64,000 bases of DNA from an uncultured virus (IMG/VR IMGVR_UViG_3300044796_000596). Its lineage: Duplodnaviria > Heunggongvirae > Uroviricota > Caudoviricetes. This document shows, piece by piece, positions 18,111 to 27,037 of this stretch; positions within the stretch are counted from its first letter, which is position 1, and every line of letters starts with the position of its first letter. The DNA lies in the IMG/VR virus record IMGVR_UViG_3300044796_000596. One strand, written 5' to 3'. The notes beneath the pieces were generated by a model. The model did no database searches and was not told the DNA's origin. It saw only the letters and a program-made list of their open reading frames with translations. The position numbers and the translations under genes were made by a program.

Positions 18111-20621
18111 ATGGCCTCCGTCGACGTCATCGTCTACGGGGTCGACCCGCAGGACGTTCCTGCCCTGATGGGCGGGGACGTCTTCGGGCGTCTTGTCGCG
18201 GATCGAGAGACGTGGGCGACGATGGCGCGGCAAACGCGCGAGGCGATCCTCTATCTCGGCCGCGTGCTGGGGAGAGGCACGGCCGGAGCGGCCGGCACGG
18301 CCGGCACGGCCGGTACGACGGCCGGCACGGTCACGTTCGTGGATCTCCGGAGCCCGGCGACGGTGCGGATCGCGCGCGCGCTCGCCGAGGGCCTCAAGCG
18401 CGATCTCACCGTTCAAGACGTGCCGATCCTCGCGATTGCCGGGCGCATCCTGCCAGGGTTTCATCCCGACGCGATCGATCAGGCGGTCGATCGAGCGATC
18501 GATCGAGCGATCGATCGAGCGGTCGACGGCGACACGGCACCGAATGCACCTTCGGAGTTCTTGTCACCCTTCGCACCCTTGAGGCCGATCGTACCGAACG
18601 TGCCGATGGTTCCGATGGCGCCGATCATGCCGATGGCTCCGATCATGCCGATCGTACCTGATGGTCACAGGCTCCGCGGTGAGGCTGGGGACGTGCTCGA
18701 CGACATCAAGGACTGGTTCGTTTCGCCCGAGGAGCGCCGACAAAACCGAGCGAAGCTCCGCAGGCTCTTCGAGGGCACCCCTCTCGAGAGACCCGTCGCG
18801 GATCTGTTCCCGCCGCCCGCCGCTCCCCCCGGGCCATCCGCGCCCTCGAGTCCGTCGTGGGTGACCGACGTGACCGACGTGACGACCTCGACGACCTCCA
18901 GGGGCCGGACGATGGCGAGCGTTCCGGCAAGCGTCCCGGCAAGCGTCCCGGCGAAGGCCCCGAGGACGAGGGCCCCGGCGTCGCTCGGCACCGGCGCGAA
19001 CATCCGTTCCTCCGACGATGACACGGGGAGCGACGAGGACGACGGGATGGAGGCGCGTGATGCGCAGCCACCGGATGCGCCGGATCCACCGGATGCGCCG
19101 GATGCGCCGGATGCGCCGGACGAGGAAGAGGAGAGGAACGAGGTCGCGACGATGGTGGGCACCTCGCTCCTCGGGCCTGCCGTTCTCGACAACGACATGC
19201 TCGGCGCGATCGTGAGCGCGATGGTGGCGCCGCGCATGACGGTCGCGCGCGCTGCGCTCAAGGAGCTCGGGGCCGACGTCGACGTGCGTGCCGTGAATCC
19301 GGCCGTGCTCGGGGTGATCCTCGTGCCTGCACAGCGCGAGGCGGCGAAGCTCGGGATGGAACTCCACAAGAGCCCGCGCGAGGTCGTGCGCGATGCTGGG
19401 ATTACGATCGGGCAGATCGTGCGCGCCGTGGGGGCGCTCCTCGCCGCACCGATCCAGGAAGCCTTCCACCTCGTGGCGCAGCGGATGGGCACCGATGCCC
19501 AGGGGAGGATCCAGGGGATCCTCGGCGATGCCTCGCGCGGGGACACGGGAGCCGCGGACGCGACGGACGCGACGGACGACAGGGGCGACGAGGGTACGGC
19601 GATTCCGTACATGGAGCAGCCCGAGATCCAGAAGCTCCTCGCGACCCTCCCGGCGGGTGAGCAACGTGACGGAGCCGTGAAGCTCCTCGTGGACGCCGAT
19701 TGGCCCGACGCGATGGTGCGGGACATCTTCGCGGCCGCGCCGCCCGAAGATCAAGCGGAAGCGGCCAAGGCCATGCTCGCGCTCTCGTTCGCGAAGCTCA
19801 TGAAGAACGCGCCTGGATGGCACCAGGTGCGCCGTCGTGCGTCGTCGCCTGCACCGCTCACGCCGCTCACGCCTACGCGACCTACGCGACCGCGATCCGC
19901 GAAGCCGGCACCGCCGCTCGCGCAGGCCCTCGTGCAGGCCGAGGACACGGGCGCCGCGACGGCGACGCCGATCGTCGAGGACACGCTCTACGTCGACGCG
20001 ACCGGCCGCCAGTGGGCAGGGTCGATGACGCCGGAAGGACGGTTTCAGTCGCGGGATTCGATCGACAAGCGAACGAGCAACGTGCAGATCGGGCACGCCT
20101 ACCGGATGGGTTCGATGGCCCCCGACGGATCGCCGACGGTGACGGTGGATCTCGGCGCCGTGCAGCCCGTCGCCGTGCTCCTCCCGAATGCCGGCGCCGT
20201 CCCGAACCTCACGGCTCCGAAGGCTCCCCCGTGGGGGCCGTACAAGCCCGGCGTCCACGTGTTCCTCGGCACCCGCTGGTACCAGGTGAGCGCCAACGGT
20301 CGACCGGAGGGCGCGCTCTCGCCGCAACCGCTGGCGCCCCCCGTGAACCAGCGCGCGGCCCTGATGAACGCCGCGAGGAGGGTGCCGCACGTGGCGGCGC
20401 ACAAGCTGCCGCCGCGACGGGTGCCCCCGAAGCATCCTCCGAAGCCTCCGAAGCACGCGCCCGCGCATGCCCGTGAGTCCGCGCCCCCCGCGAGCATGCT
20501 CCCGTCGCAGATCGCGAACACGGTCGAGACGGTCGGGACGGTGCTGAAGACGGGCATGGACATCGTGAAGACCGGCATGGACATCTTCTCCAACGCCAGC
20601 AGCATGTTCAGCGGGCTCTAG
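18111..20621 (+). CDS. Large modular hypothetical protein (putative virion polyprotein)
   Basis: ATG 1 nt after upstream stop; modules separated by low-complexity linkers ending EAG/DTG; C-terminal amphipathic helix. Confidence 0.75.
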   Translation: MASVDVIVYGVDPQDVPALMGGDVFGRLVADRETWATMARQTREAILYLGRVLGRGTAGAAGTAGTAGTTAGTVTFVDLRSPATVRIARALAEGLKRDLTVQDVPILAIAGRILPGFHPDAIDQAVDRAIDRAIDRAVDGDTAPNAPSEFLSPFAPLRPIVPNVPMVPMAPIMPMAPIMPIVPDGHRLRGEAGDVLDDIKDWFVSPEERRQNRAKLRRLFEGTPLERPVADLFPPPAAPPGPSAPSSPSWVTDVTDVTTSTTSRGRTMASVPASVPASVPAKAPRTRAPASLGTGANIRSSDDDTGSDEDDGMEARDAQPPDAPDPPDAPDAPDAPDEEEERNEVATMVGTSLLGPAVLDNDMLGAIVSAMVAPRMTVARAALKELGADVDVRAVNPAVLGVILVPAQREAAKLGMELHKSPREVVRDAGITIGQIVRAVGALLAAPIQEAFHLVAQRMGTDAQGRIQGILGDASRGDTGAADATDATDDRGDEGTAIPYMEQPEIQKLLATLPAGEQRDGAVKLLVDADWPDAMVRDIFAAAPPEDQAEAAKAMLALSFAKLMKNAPGWHQVRRRASSPAPLTPLTPTRPTRPRSAKPAPPLAQALVQAEDTGAATATPIVEDTLYVDATGRQWAGSMTPEGRFQSRDSIDKRTSNVQIGHAYRMGSMAPDGSPTVTVDLGAVQPVAVLLPNAGAVPNLTAPKAPPWGPYKPGVHVFLGTRWYQVSANGRPEGALSPQPLAPPVNQRAALMNAARRVPHVAAHKLPPRRVPPKHPPKPPKHAPAHARESAPPASMLPSQIANTVETVGTVLKTGMDIVKTGMDIFSNASSMFSGL

Positions 20622-20654
20622 GATTTTCGAGGATTTCGAGGAGATCGACGAGCC

Positions 20655-22394
20655 ATGGGTACCCTCATCGACGGCACGAGGCTCTTTCAGGGGTCGCGGG
20701 ACGCACGCGGCTTCAAGGATGGGGGGCCCGGCGTCCTGGACATTCCGTGGGTGAGCCAGATCCTAGCCGTCGTGGCGCTCGCGGCGACCGCCATCCAGAT
20801 CCTGTTCCAGCGGGGCTCGCTCGGTCATCTGTCGGCGCTCGATGCGGAGGAGTGGCTCGCGCTCTTCCGGATCGATCCAGGGATTCTCTTCAGTGGCCAG
20901 GGGAACCGGATCACGACCGAGCAAGCCGCGCGGTTCGTGCGGGCGCTCAAGATCGTCTCTGGCGAGCATCCGATGGACGACGCCTACCTCGCGAGCGTCG
21001 ACCCTCACGAGCCGCTCACCGACACGGCCTACCTCGCGGAGATCAGGAGCGCGGTGCAAGGTCCCGGTCCCGGTCCAGGTCCCGGTCCCGGTCCCGGTTC
21101 GCCGCAGAGCGCGCAGAGCGCGGGGGCAGGCGTTCCATCGGTCATCTCGCCGGAGACAGCGCAGCGGATCCTCGCGCTGCTCCGGCAAGGCGGCGTGCAG
21201 CGGATCGTGCAGGATCTGCTCCGTGAGTCCGACGAGCTCCGTCATAACCTCCCTGCCGTGCGGCGCGAGGTCGCCCGGCTGCGCGCGATCGCGGGGGAAA
21301 GCGACGACGCGACGGACGGCGGGACCGACGCGGGGAGCACGGGCGACGACGTCAAGAGGGGCGCGACGATCGTCACCGGCGCGGCAGGCGGCGCGGCGAC
21401 CATCGCCGCAGGCATCGCCGCTGCCGCCGTGAACGCGATCCCAGGGATCGGGCAGATCGCCTCCGGCGCGATCGCGGTCGGGATCGCCATCGCGAACGCG
21501 GTCATGTGGATCGTCGATGCGTCGAAGGACACGTTCCACGTGACGCCTTGGCAGGCCGTCATGCTGCTCGCGCTTTTCCGGATGGATCCGGGGCTCCTCT
21601 TCGCGGGCGTCAACAAGGCGACGACGCCGGAGCAGGCGGCGAGGCTCGTGCGGTGGCTCAAGATGATGTCGGGCGAGGTGAAGGTGAAGAAGGGCTGGGC
21701 CCTTCACAACCCGCGCGATCCAGGCGGCTACAGCCTTGAGTTCAACGCGTTCGGCAAGCACAACGTGCTGAACCCTTACGAGGCTCACGTCGATCCCAAC
21801 GATCCGCTCACGGACCCGAAGTTCATCCAGAAGATTCACGACGTCATCTGGGCGACGAAGAAGATCAAGAAGCACCACTGGTGGGGCGGCAACGACTACG
21901 TGGTCGACTACCAGAAGGCGCCGCCCGTCGTCACGACGCCCAAGAACGCGGAGAACATCCTCGGCGCGTTCCGGCTTGCGCTCAAGCACGCCCCCGACGT
22001 GCTCAAGTGGAGCGAGTTCAATAACCCCGGCGCGATGCACAGCTTGAACGTCGAGATCAAGCGCGTGCGTCGGCTCGCGGGCGAGCACGGCCCGGATCGC
22101 CTCCTGTCGCACTACTTCGGCGACGTGACGCTGCCTCCCGCGCCCGTGAAGCACGTGAGACACGGGGGACACGTGGGACACGGGGGACACGTGGGACACG
22201 GGGGACACGTGGGACACGGGGGACACGTGGGGCACTCGCCTCGCATGCCGCCCCCGCGACCTCTGCATGCACCGCAGGGACCGCAGGGACCAGGCAGGCT
22301 CGTTCCTGTGCCGCCGTCGGAGCCGCCCACGGAGCCGCCCACGACGGACCCAAACCCCGACGCCGATCCTCTCGAAATCGGCCTCGACACGTGA
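20655..22394 (+). CDS. Membrane-associated protein made of two paralogous domains
   Basis: LALFRIDPGILF...TTEQAARFVRALK..SGE...VDPHEPLTD repeated as LALFRMDPGLLF...TTPEQAARLVRWLK..SGE...VDPNDPLTD; a hydrophobic segment precedes each copy. Confidence 0.75.
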   Translation: MGTLIDGTRLFQGSRDARGFKDGGPGVLDIPWVSQILAVVALAATAIQILFQRGSLGHLSALDAEEWLALFRIDPGILFSGQGNRITTEQAARFVRALKIVSGEHPMDDAYLASVDPHEPLTDTAYLAEIRSAVQGPGPGPGPGPGPGSPQSAQSAGAGVPSVISPETAQRILALLRQGGVQRIVQDLLRESDELRHNLPAVRREVARLRAIAGESDDATDGGTDAGSTGDDVKRGATIVTGAAGGAATIAAGIAAAAVNAIPGIGQIASGAIAVGIAIANAVMWIVDASKDTFHVTPWQAVMLLALFRMDPGLLFAGVNKATTPEQAARLVRWLKMMSGEVKVKKGWALHNPRDPGGYSLEFNAFGKHNVLNPYEAHVDPNDPLTDPKFIQKIHDVIWATKKIKKHHWWGGNDYVVDYQKAPPVVTTPKNAENILGAFRLALKHAPDVLKWSEFNNPGAMHSLNVEIKRVRRLAGEHGPDRLLSHYFGDVTLPPAPVKHVRHGGHVGHGGHVGHGGHVGHGGHVGHSPRMPPPRPLHAPQGPQGPGRLVPVPPSEPPTEPPTTDPNPDADPLEIGLDT

Positions 22395-22403
22395 GAGGAC
22401 GCG

Positions 22404-22808
22404 ATGAAGGGCAACGGAGCGCCGAAAAAGGCATCGAAAAAGGCACCCAAGGCGGGCAAGAAGACGCCGAAGGGTACTCAAGGTACCAACGTAACGAACG
22501 CACCGAAGGTGGCGAACGCACCGAAGGTGGCGAACGCACCGAAGGTGGCGAACGCACCCAACGCACCCAAGAAGACCGGGTGGCAGAGGGCCCGTGCAGA
22601 ACAGCGGGCGGCCGACGAGAAGCAGGCTGACGTGCGCAAGGCCATCCGGGCGAAGGGGGGGCGGCCGCCCTCGCCTCCGAAGCTCTGCTCGAACTGCAAC
22701 GATCCGGGTCACACGCGGTCGACCTGCCCGAACCCAGGACCCGTGCGCACGTTCGACGACTACGATCGGATGGAGCGGACCGGGCGCCTCCCGAGATACG
22801 AGGACTGA
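22404..22808 (+). CDS. Basic Lys-rich protein with CCHC zinc knuckle (putative nucleic-acid-binding/core protein)
   Basis: GAGGA RBS; CSNCNDPGHTRSTC; NAPKVA repeats. Confidence 0.7.
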   Translation: MKGNGAPKKASKKAPKAGKKTPKGTQGTNVTNAPKVANAPKVANAPKVANAPNAPKKTGWQRARAEQRAADEKQADVRKAIRAKGGRPPSPPKLCSNCNDPGHTRSTCPNPGPVRTFDDYDRMERTGRLPRYED

Positions 22809-22838
22809 TCGATGGTCCCGATGGTGTACGATTCGCGC

Positions 22839-24986
22839 ATGTCCGACGACGCCCTTGCTCTCGTGGATGCGGATCCCGACGCGGAGGTGACGCGTGCCGA
22901 GCGCGTGCAGGATGCCTTTCTGGCGTACCTCGGGGACCGCGACCCGGATGTCCGTTCCTGGCTGAACGGCGTCGGGATCACGGTCGCCGGCTTCTCCGAC
23001 CTTTTGCGCCGAGGGCGCGTCACGGACGGCGAGATCGCGTGGCTTCGCCGGAACGCGCGGCCCGCGATCAAAATCGGCTACCTCCCAGGCAGGCTCCCCG
23101 CGGTGCTCGCGCCGTTCGCGCGCGGCCAGCGCTTCCTCGGACACGTGGTCGAGGTCGAGGAGTCGGCGCCCGCCGTGGCCCAGGGGGTTCGAGCAGACCG
23201 TTCCGATCGCTCCGATCGCTCCGATCCCTCCGATCCTTCCGATCCTGTCGCAGCGGTGCTCCAGCGGCTTGGGATGGGCGGCCCCGGCACGGCCGGGTTC
23301 ACGGGCCTCGTCGGTCTCATGCCGGGGCAGCGCTACCCCGAGGGAACCGCTGGAACCGCTGGAACGATCGAAAATTGCAGCGGCGACCCCGAGGTCGCGC
23401 GGCGCTTCGTCCGCGCGTTCGGTCGCGACGCGGGGATCGATCTCCTGAACCTTGCCCTCCGCCGCGGCTGGCGTTTTGTTCGCGTCCGCGCGCGCGCTGG
23501 CGCGGGTGCAGACGCGGGCGATGTCCTCGGAGACGGCAAGCAGTTCCTGAGGGACTACTTGAACGTGCTGACGTTCCGGCCGATCGCAGCCATGGAGAAG
23601 CAGGCGTTGCAGTACGTGCTCGCGGGCATCTGGCGTGCGGCCAATCCGCCGCCCAACGTGGTCGTCGAGTACAAGCGGCTCCTCGACGGTGGCTACCTGC
23701 CCGAGGGGCCGAGCGTCTACGCGTTCCAGCGGGCCTACAACGCTTCCCAGAACGCGAGCGTGCTCCCGGAGGACGGCATCGTCGGCCCGGCGACCGTCGC
23801 CGCGATGCGCGCCGTCGCGATGGGCACGATGGGCACGATGCCGGGTCGTACCGGCGAGACGGGAGCCCTCCTCGCCACGGTCGAGACCACCGATCCCTTC
23901 CGGCAGCTCCTCGATGTCATCCTCCGTCGGGTGCGCCCTGCGCAGCAGTACACGCGCATCGAGCCGCTTCGGGTGGGGAGCAAGGTCATCGACCTCGGCG
24001 ACGCCCCCTTGCACTTCGTGAACAGCTTCTCGGACTCGACCTTCCTCGGGATCAAGTTCGCCGGTCTCTGCGGCGGCATGGCGGCCACGACCCTCGACAA
24101 CTTCTACACGGGGACGCCGGCGCCGCTCATCGCGACGACCCCCTCCGTGCAGGACGACGCGCTCGGGAAGTACATCTACAGCCGGCAGGTGGACTCGCTC
24201 CTCGGCTGGCAGGGCGCCGAGTTCCTCGCGATGCTCCTCACGGCCGACGACGCGTCGCTCGCGCGCCAGACGGACGCCTCGTTCCGCGAGCTCGTGAGCG
24301 CGATCGACGAGGGCACGCCGGTGCCGATCGGGCTCATCCCTGCGCCGTACACGCTCGACATCACGAAGTTCACGAAGGCCCACCAGGTGGTCGCGCGGGG
24401 GTATGCCGTCGGCGAGGACGGGTCGAAGACGGTCTACCTGTGGGACTCGAACCGCCCGAACGATCTCGACACGGTGCTCGTCCAGGCCCCCGGCTCGACG
24501 CTCTGGATCGAGCCGGCCGCGCCCGGGAGCAGCGAGCACGCGTGGCGTGGGTGGTTCGTGGAGTCGGCGTACACGGCCAAGCAGCCGCCGGTGGCGAGCG
24601 GGAGCGCGAACGATGCGTTCTCGGTGCCGATCCTGAACGTGCCCGACCTAGCACCGGCGCGCGTTCCTGCGCGCGCTCCCGCTCCCGCTCCCGCGCCGGG
24701 TGCATCCCGTGCGATCAAGACGAGTGGGACGCTGGACAACGCTTTCGTGCTGGGGCTCGTCGATCCCTTGGGGCAGGCGGGTCCGGCGGTGAAAAACGCG
24801 GATGCGGGCGACGTGAGCGACGTCGGCGACGTCGGCTTCGTGCTGCGCAACGATCAGCGGCTCGCGGGCCTCGCCGGAACGCCCATGGGTCCTCCGTTCC
24901 GCTCTGCGCGTGGCCAGCGAGCGCTTCGGCGTAGGCCACGCGACAGCGATCCGTGGGGTCGGTCGTGGGTGGCGCCGGACCGTTGA
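22839..24986 (+). CDS. Modular protein with peptidoglycan-binding domain and papain-like (Cys-His-Asp) domain
   Basis: VYAFQRAY...EDGIVGPAT (PG-binding-1-like); GLCGGM (Cys 24069), HQVVARGY (His 24381), YLWDSN (Asp 24444). Confidence 0.75.
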   Translation: MSDDALALVDADPDAEVTRAERVQDAFLAYLGDRDPDVRSWLNGVGITVAGFSDLLRRGRVTDGEIAWLRRNARPAIKIGYLPGRLPAVLAPFARGQRFLGHVVEVEESAPAVAQGVRADRSDRSDRSDPSDPSDPVAAVLQRLGMGGPGTAGFTGLVGLMPGQRYPEGTAGTAGTIENCSGDPEVARRFVRAFGRDAGIDLLNLALRRGWRFVRVRARAGAGADAGDVLGDGKQFLRDYLNVLTFRPIAAMEKQALQYVLAGIWRAANPPPNVVVEYKRLLDGGYLPEGPSVYAFQRAYNASQNASVLPEDGIVGPATVAAMRAVAMGTMGTMPGRTGETGALLATVETTDPFRQLLDVILRRVRPAQQYTRIEPLRVGSKVIDLGDAPLHFVNSFSDSTFLGIKFAGLCGGMAATTLDNFYTGTPAPLIATTPSVQDDALGKYIYSRQVDSLLGWQGAEFLAMLLTADDASLARQTDASFRELVSAIDEGTPVPIGLIPAPYTLDITKFTKAHQVVARGYAVGEDGSKTVYLWDSNRPNDLDTVLVQAPGSTLWIEPAAPGSSEHAWRGWFVESAYTAKQPPVASGSANDAFSVPILNVPDLAPARVPARAPAPAPAPGASRAIKTSGTLDNAFVLGLVDPLGQAGPAVKNADAGDVSDVGDVGFVLRNDQRLAGLAGTPMGPPFRSARGQRALRRRPRDSDPWGRSWVAPDR

Positions 24987-25080
24987 GGCGGTCCAATTCA
25001 TCAAAATCGCAAAAAATCGCGGATCGCGTCGATCCCGAAAAATCGCCTGATTTGTCCTGAGGATGCTGTACGATCCTCGT

Positions 25081-26886
25081 ATGCTCGACAACAGCGCACG
25101 CCTGAACCCTGCACCAGAGACCAGCGTTTCGCGCGAGGTCGTGGACCTCGGAAGCGTCCGCGCGGGTCCGTGGTCGATCGCCGCAACGCTCGAGATCCCG
25201 AGCGATGGCGAGGAGGACAGCGACGCGAACGAGACGACCGGGGTCGATGGTGCGGTTGACAAGTCGTCGATCGAGAACGGGCTCGGAGAGATGCTGCGCC
25301 ACGTGGACGCGACGCACAGCGATCTCAACAAGATCCGGCACCAAGTGCACGAACTCGACGTACCGAGGTCGTCGCAGGCCGCCAAGACCAGCATCGAGGC
25401 GAGCCTCACGAACCTGCTCGCGGACGTCGACAAGACGCACAGCCAGATCAAGTCGGTCCAGAGCGCCTTCCACGCCCACACGGGCAAGGCGTCGGTCGAG
25501 AACGGGCTCGGAGAGATGCTGCGCCACGTGGACGCGACGCACAGCGATCTCAACAAGATCCGGCACCAAGTGCACGAACTCGACGTACCGAGGTCGTCGC
25601 AGGCCGCCAAGACCAGCATCGAGGCGAGCCTCACGAACCTGCTCGCGGACGTCGACAAGACGCACAGCCAGATCAAGTCGGTCCAGAGCGCCTTCCACGC
25701 GTTCGTGATGGGCGGCGGTGACGCGGGCTTCGCCGGCAACGTCGAGGACACGGACGCGGGCTGGATGGTGCTTCCGTTCTGGCACAACCGCTGGCGGGGT
25801 CGCTACGGCGAGCGCTACTGGGATCACCCGGAGTGGCGTCGTCGCTGGCACGCGATGGCGGACGTCATCGACACGGGCGGAGACACCGCCTACGGCGGCA
25901 TCGGCGGGAGCGGCTCGCGCTGGTCGGCCCCGCGCTACTTCCGCCGTGGGCCCTTGATGCGCGATCGCGCGCGCGGATGGAGCCGCGACTGGAGCTTCCG
26001 TCGTCCGCGCACCGAGTGGATCGAGTACGTCGAGGGCGGCGGGAGCCCGCTCCTCGCTGGCGTGTCGACGCGCGGCGGTGGCGCCGAAATCTGGGACGGC
26101 ATCCAGTGGGTCCCGAACGTCGAGGTGGAAGAGGTCGAGGTCGACAGCGGCGACACGGGCTGGATGGTGCTGCCTCACTGGCACGAGCGCTGGCGCGCGC
26201 GCTACGGCGATCGCTACTGGGATCACCCCGCGTGGCGCCGGCGCTGGTACGAGACGGCCGGGGTCGATGTCGCGACGGCCGACACCGGCTACGGCGGGAT
26301 CGGCGGCGGCGGCGGCGGCCGTGAGCGCTTCTTCCGGCACGACGGCCGAGGCATCGAGCACGCTGCTCTCCGTGGAGGCGTCGAGCACGCTGCGTTCGGT
26401 CGCGGGTTCGGGCGCGAGCGCGGTGGCGAACGCTTCGGCGGCGGTGAGCGCGAGCGGTTCGGGCGCGGCGGTGAGCGCGGGTACGTGAACGCCAACGTCC
26501 CGATCTTCCCCAACGGTCAATTCGATCCTGGCAGCGACGCGAACCATAGCCCGGCCACCCTGCAAGAGGGGGCGTCCGTCCGAATCGGCGCGCGCGCCTT
26601 GGCAAACGGACATCCGCTCACGCAGGTGACGATCCTGGCGGGTTCGACGGACGCCGGGCCGGCGAATGGGCAATCGTGGTGGGTACCCTCCGGCAACGTC
26701 CGGCGACAGCGGGGTGGCGATACCGGCGACGCAGCGCCCGCGCCTGCGCCCGCGCCCGCGCCTTCGCCGAAAGCCTCGGTGTGCCCCGTGCGAATCGGCA
26801 TCGGAGCCGTGGTCGGTGGCGTCGTCGGCGGGCCCATCGGAGCGGTCCTCGGCGGCGCGCTCGGAGCGGCTCTCGGCGCGGACTGA
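25081..26886 (+). CDS. Modular protein (putative polyprotein): duplicated coiled coil, duplicated Trp/Arg-rich modules, SH3-like domain, C-terminal glycine zipper
   Basis: 75-aa tandem duplication; WMVLPxWHxRW module twice; GAVVGGVVGGPIGAVLGGALGAALG. Confidence 0.75.
   Translation: MLDNSARLNPAPETSVSREVVDLGSVRAGPWSIAATLEIPSDGEEDSDANETTGVDGAVDKSSIENGLGEMLRHVDATHSDLNKIRHQVHELDVPRSSQAAKTSIEASLTNLLADVDKTHSQIKSVQSAFHAHTGKASVENGLGEMLRHVDATHSDLNKIRHQVHELDVPRSSQAAKTSIEASLTNLLADVDKTHSQIKSVQSAFHAFVMGGGDAGFAGNVEDTDAGWMVLPFWHNRWRGRYGERYWDHPEWRRRWHAMADVIDTGGDTAYGGIGGSGSRWSAPRYFRRGPLMRDRARGWSRDWSFRRPRTEWIEYVEGGGSPLLAGVSTRGGGAEIWDGIQWVPNVEVEEVEVDSGDTGWMVLPHWHERWRARYGDRYWDHPAWRRRWYETAGVDVATADTGYGGIGGGGGGRERFFRHDGRGIEHAALRGGVEHAAFGRGFGRERGGERFGGGERERFGRGGERGYVNANVPIFPNGQFDPGSDANHSPATLQEGASVRIGARALANGHPLTQVTILAGSTDAGPANGQSWWVPSGNVRRQRGGDTGDAAPAPAPAPAPSPKASVCPVRIGIGAVVGGVVGGPIGAVLGGALGAALGAD
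25271..25700 (+). repeat. Direct repeat, 2 x 205 nt, period 225 nt
   Basis: 25271-25475 matches 25496-25700. Confidence 0.9.
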
Positions 26887-27037
26887 CCCCGGGACAAGGC
26901 GAGCGTCCTCGACATGAAGCGATCCCCACGTCCCTCCACGTCCCTCCCACGTCCATCCCACGTCCATCCCACGGTTCATCCTCGTCCCCATCCTCGTTGA
27001 CGTTGGAGTGAGGTTCCGGGCTATTCTCCGCGGCGCC

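Noticed and set aside
11771..18130. 2119-aa minus-strand ORF and other long antisense or alternative-frame ORFs (9121..11070, 11881..15081, 20763..24539, 24715..27435)
   Set aside because: Shadow frames of GC-rich genes: Arg/Ala-rich, no motifs, mirroring real genes.
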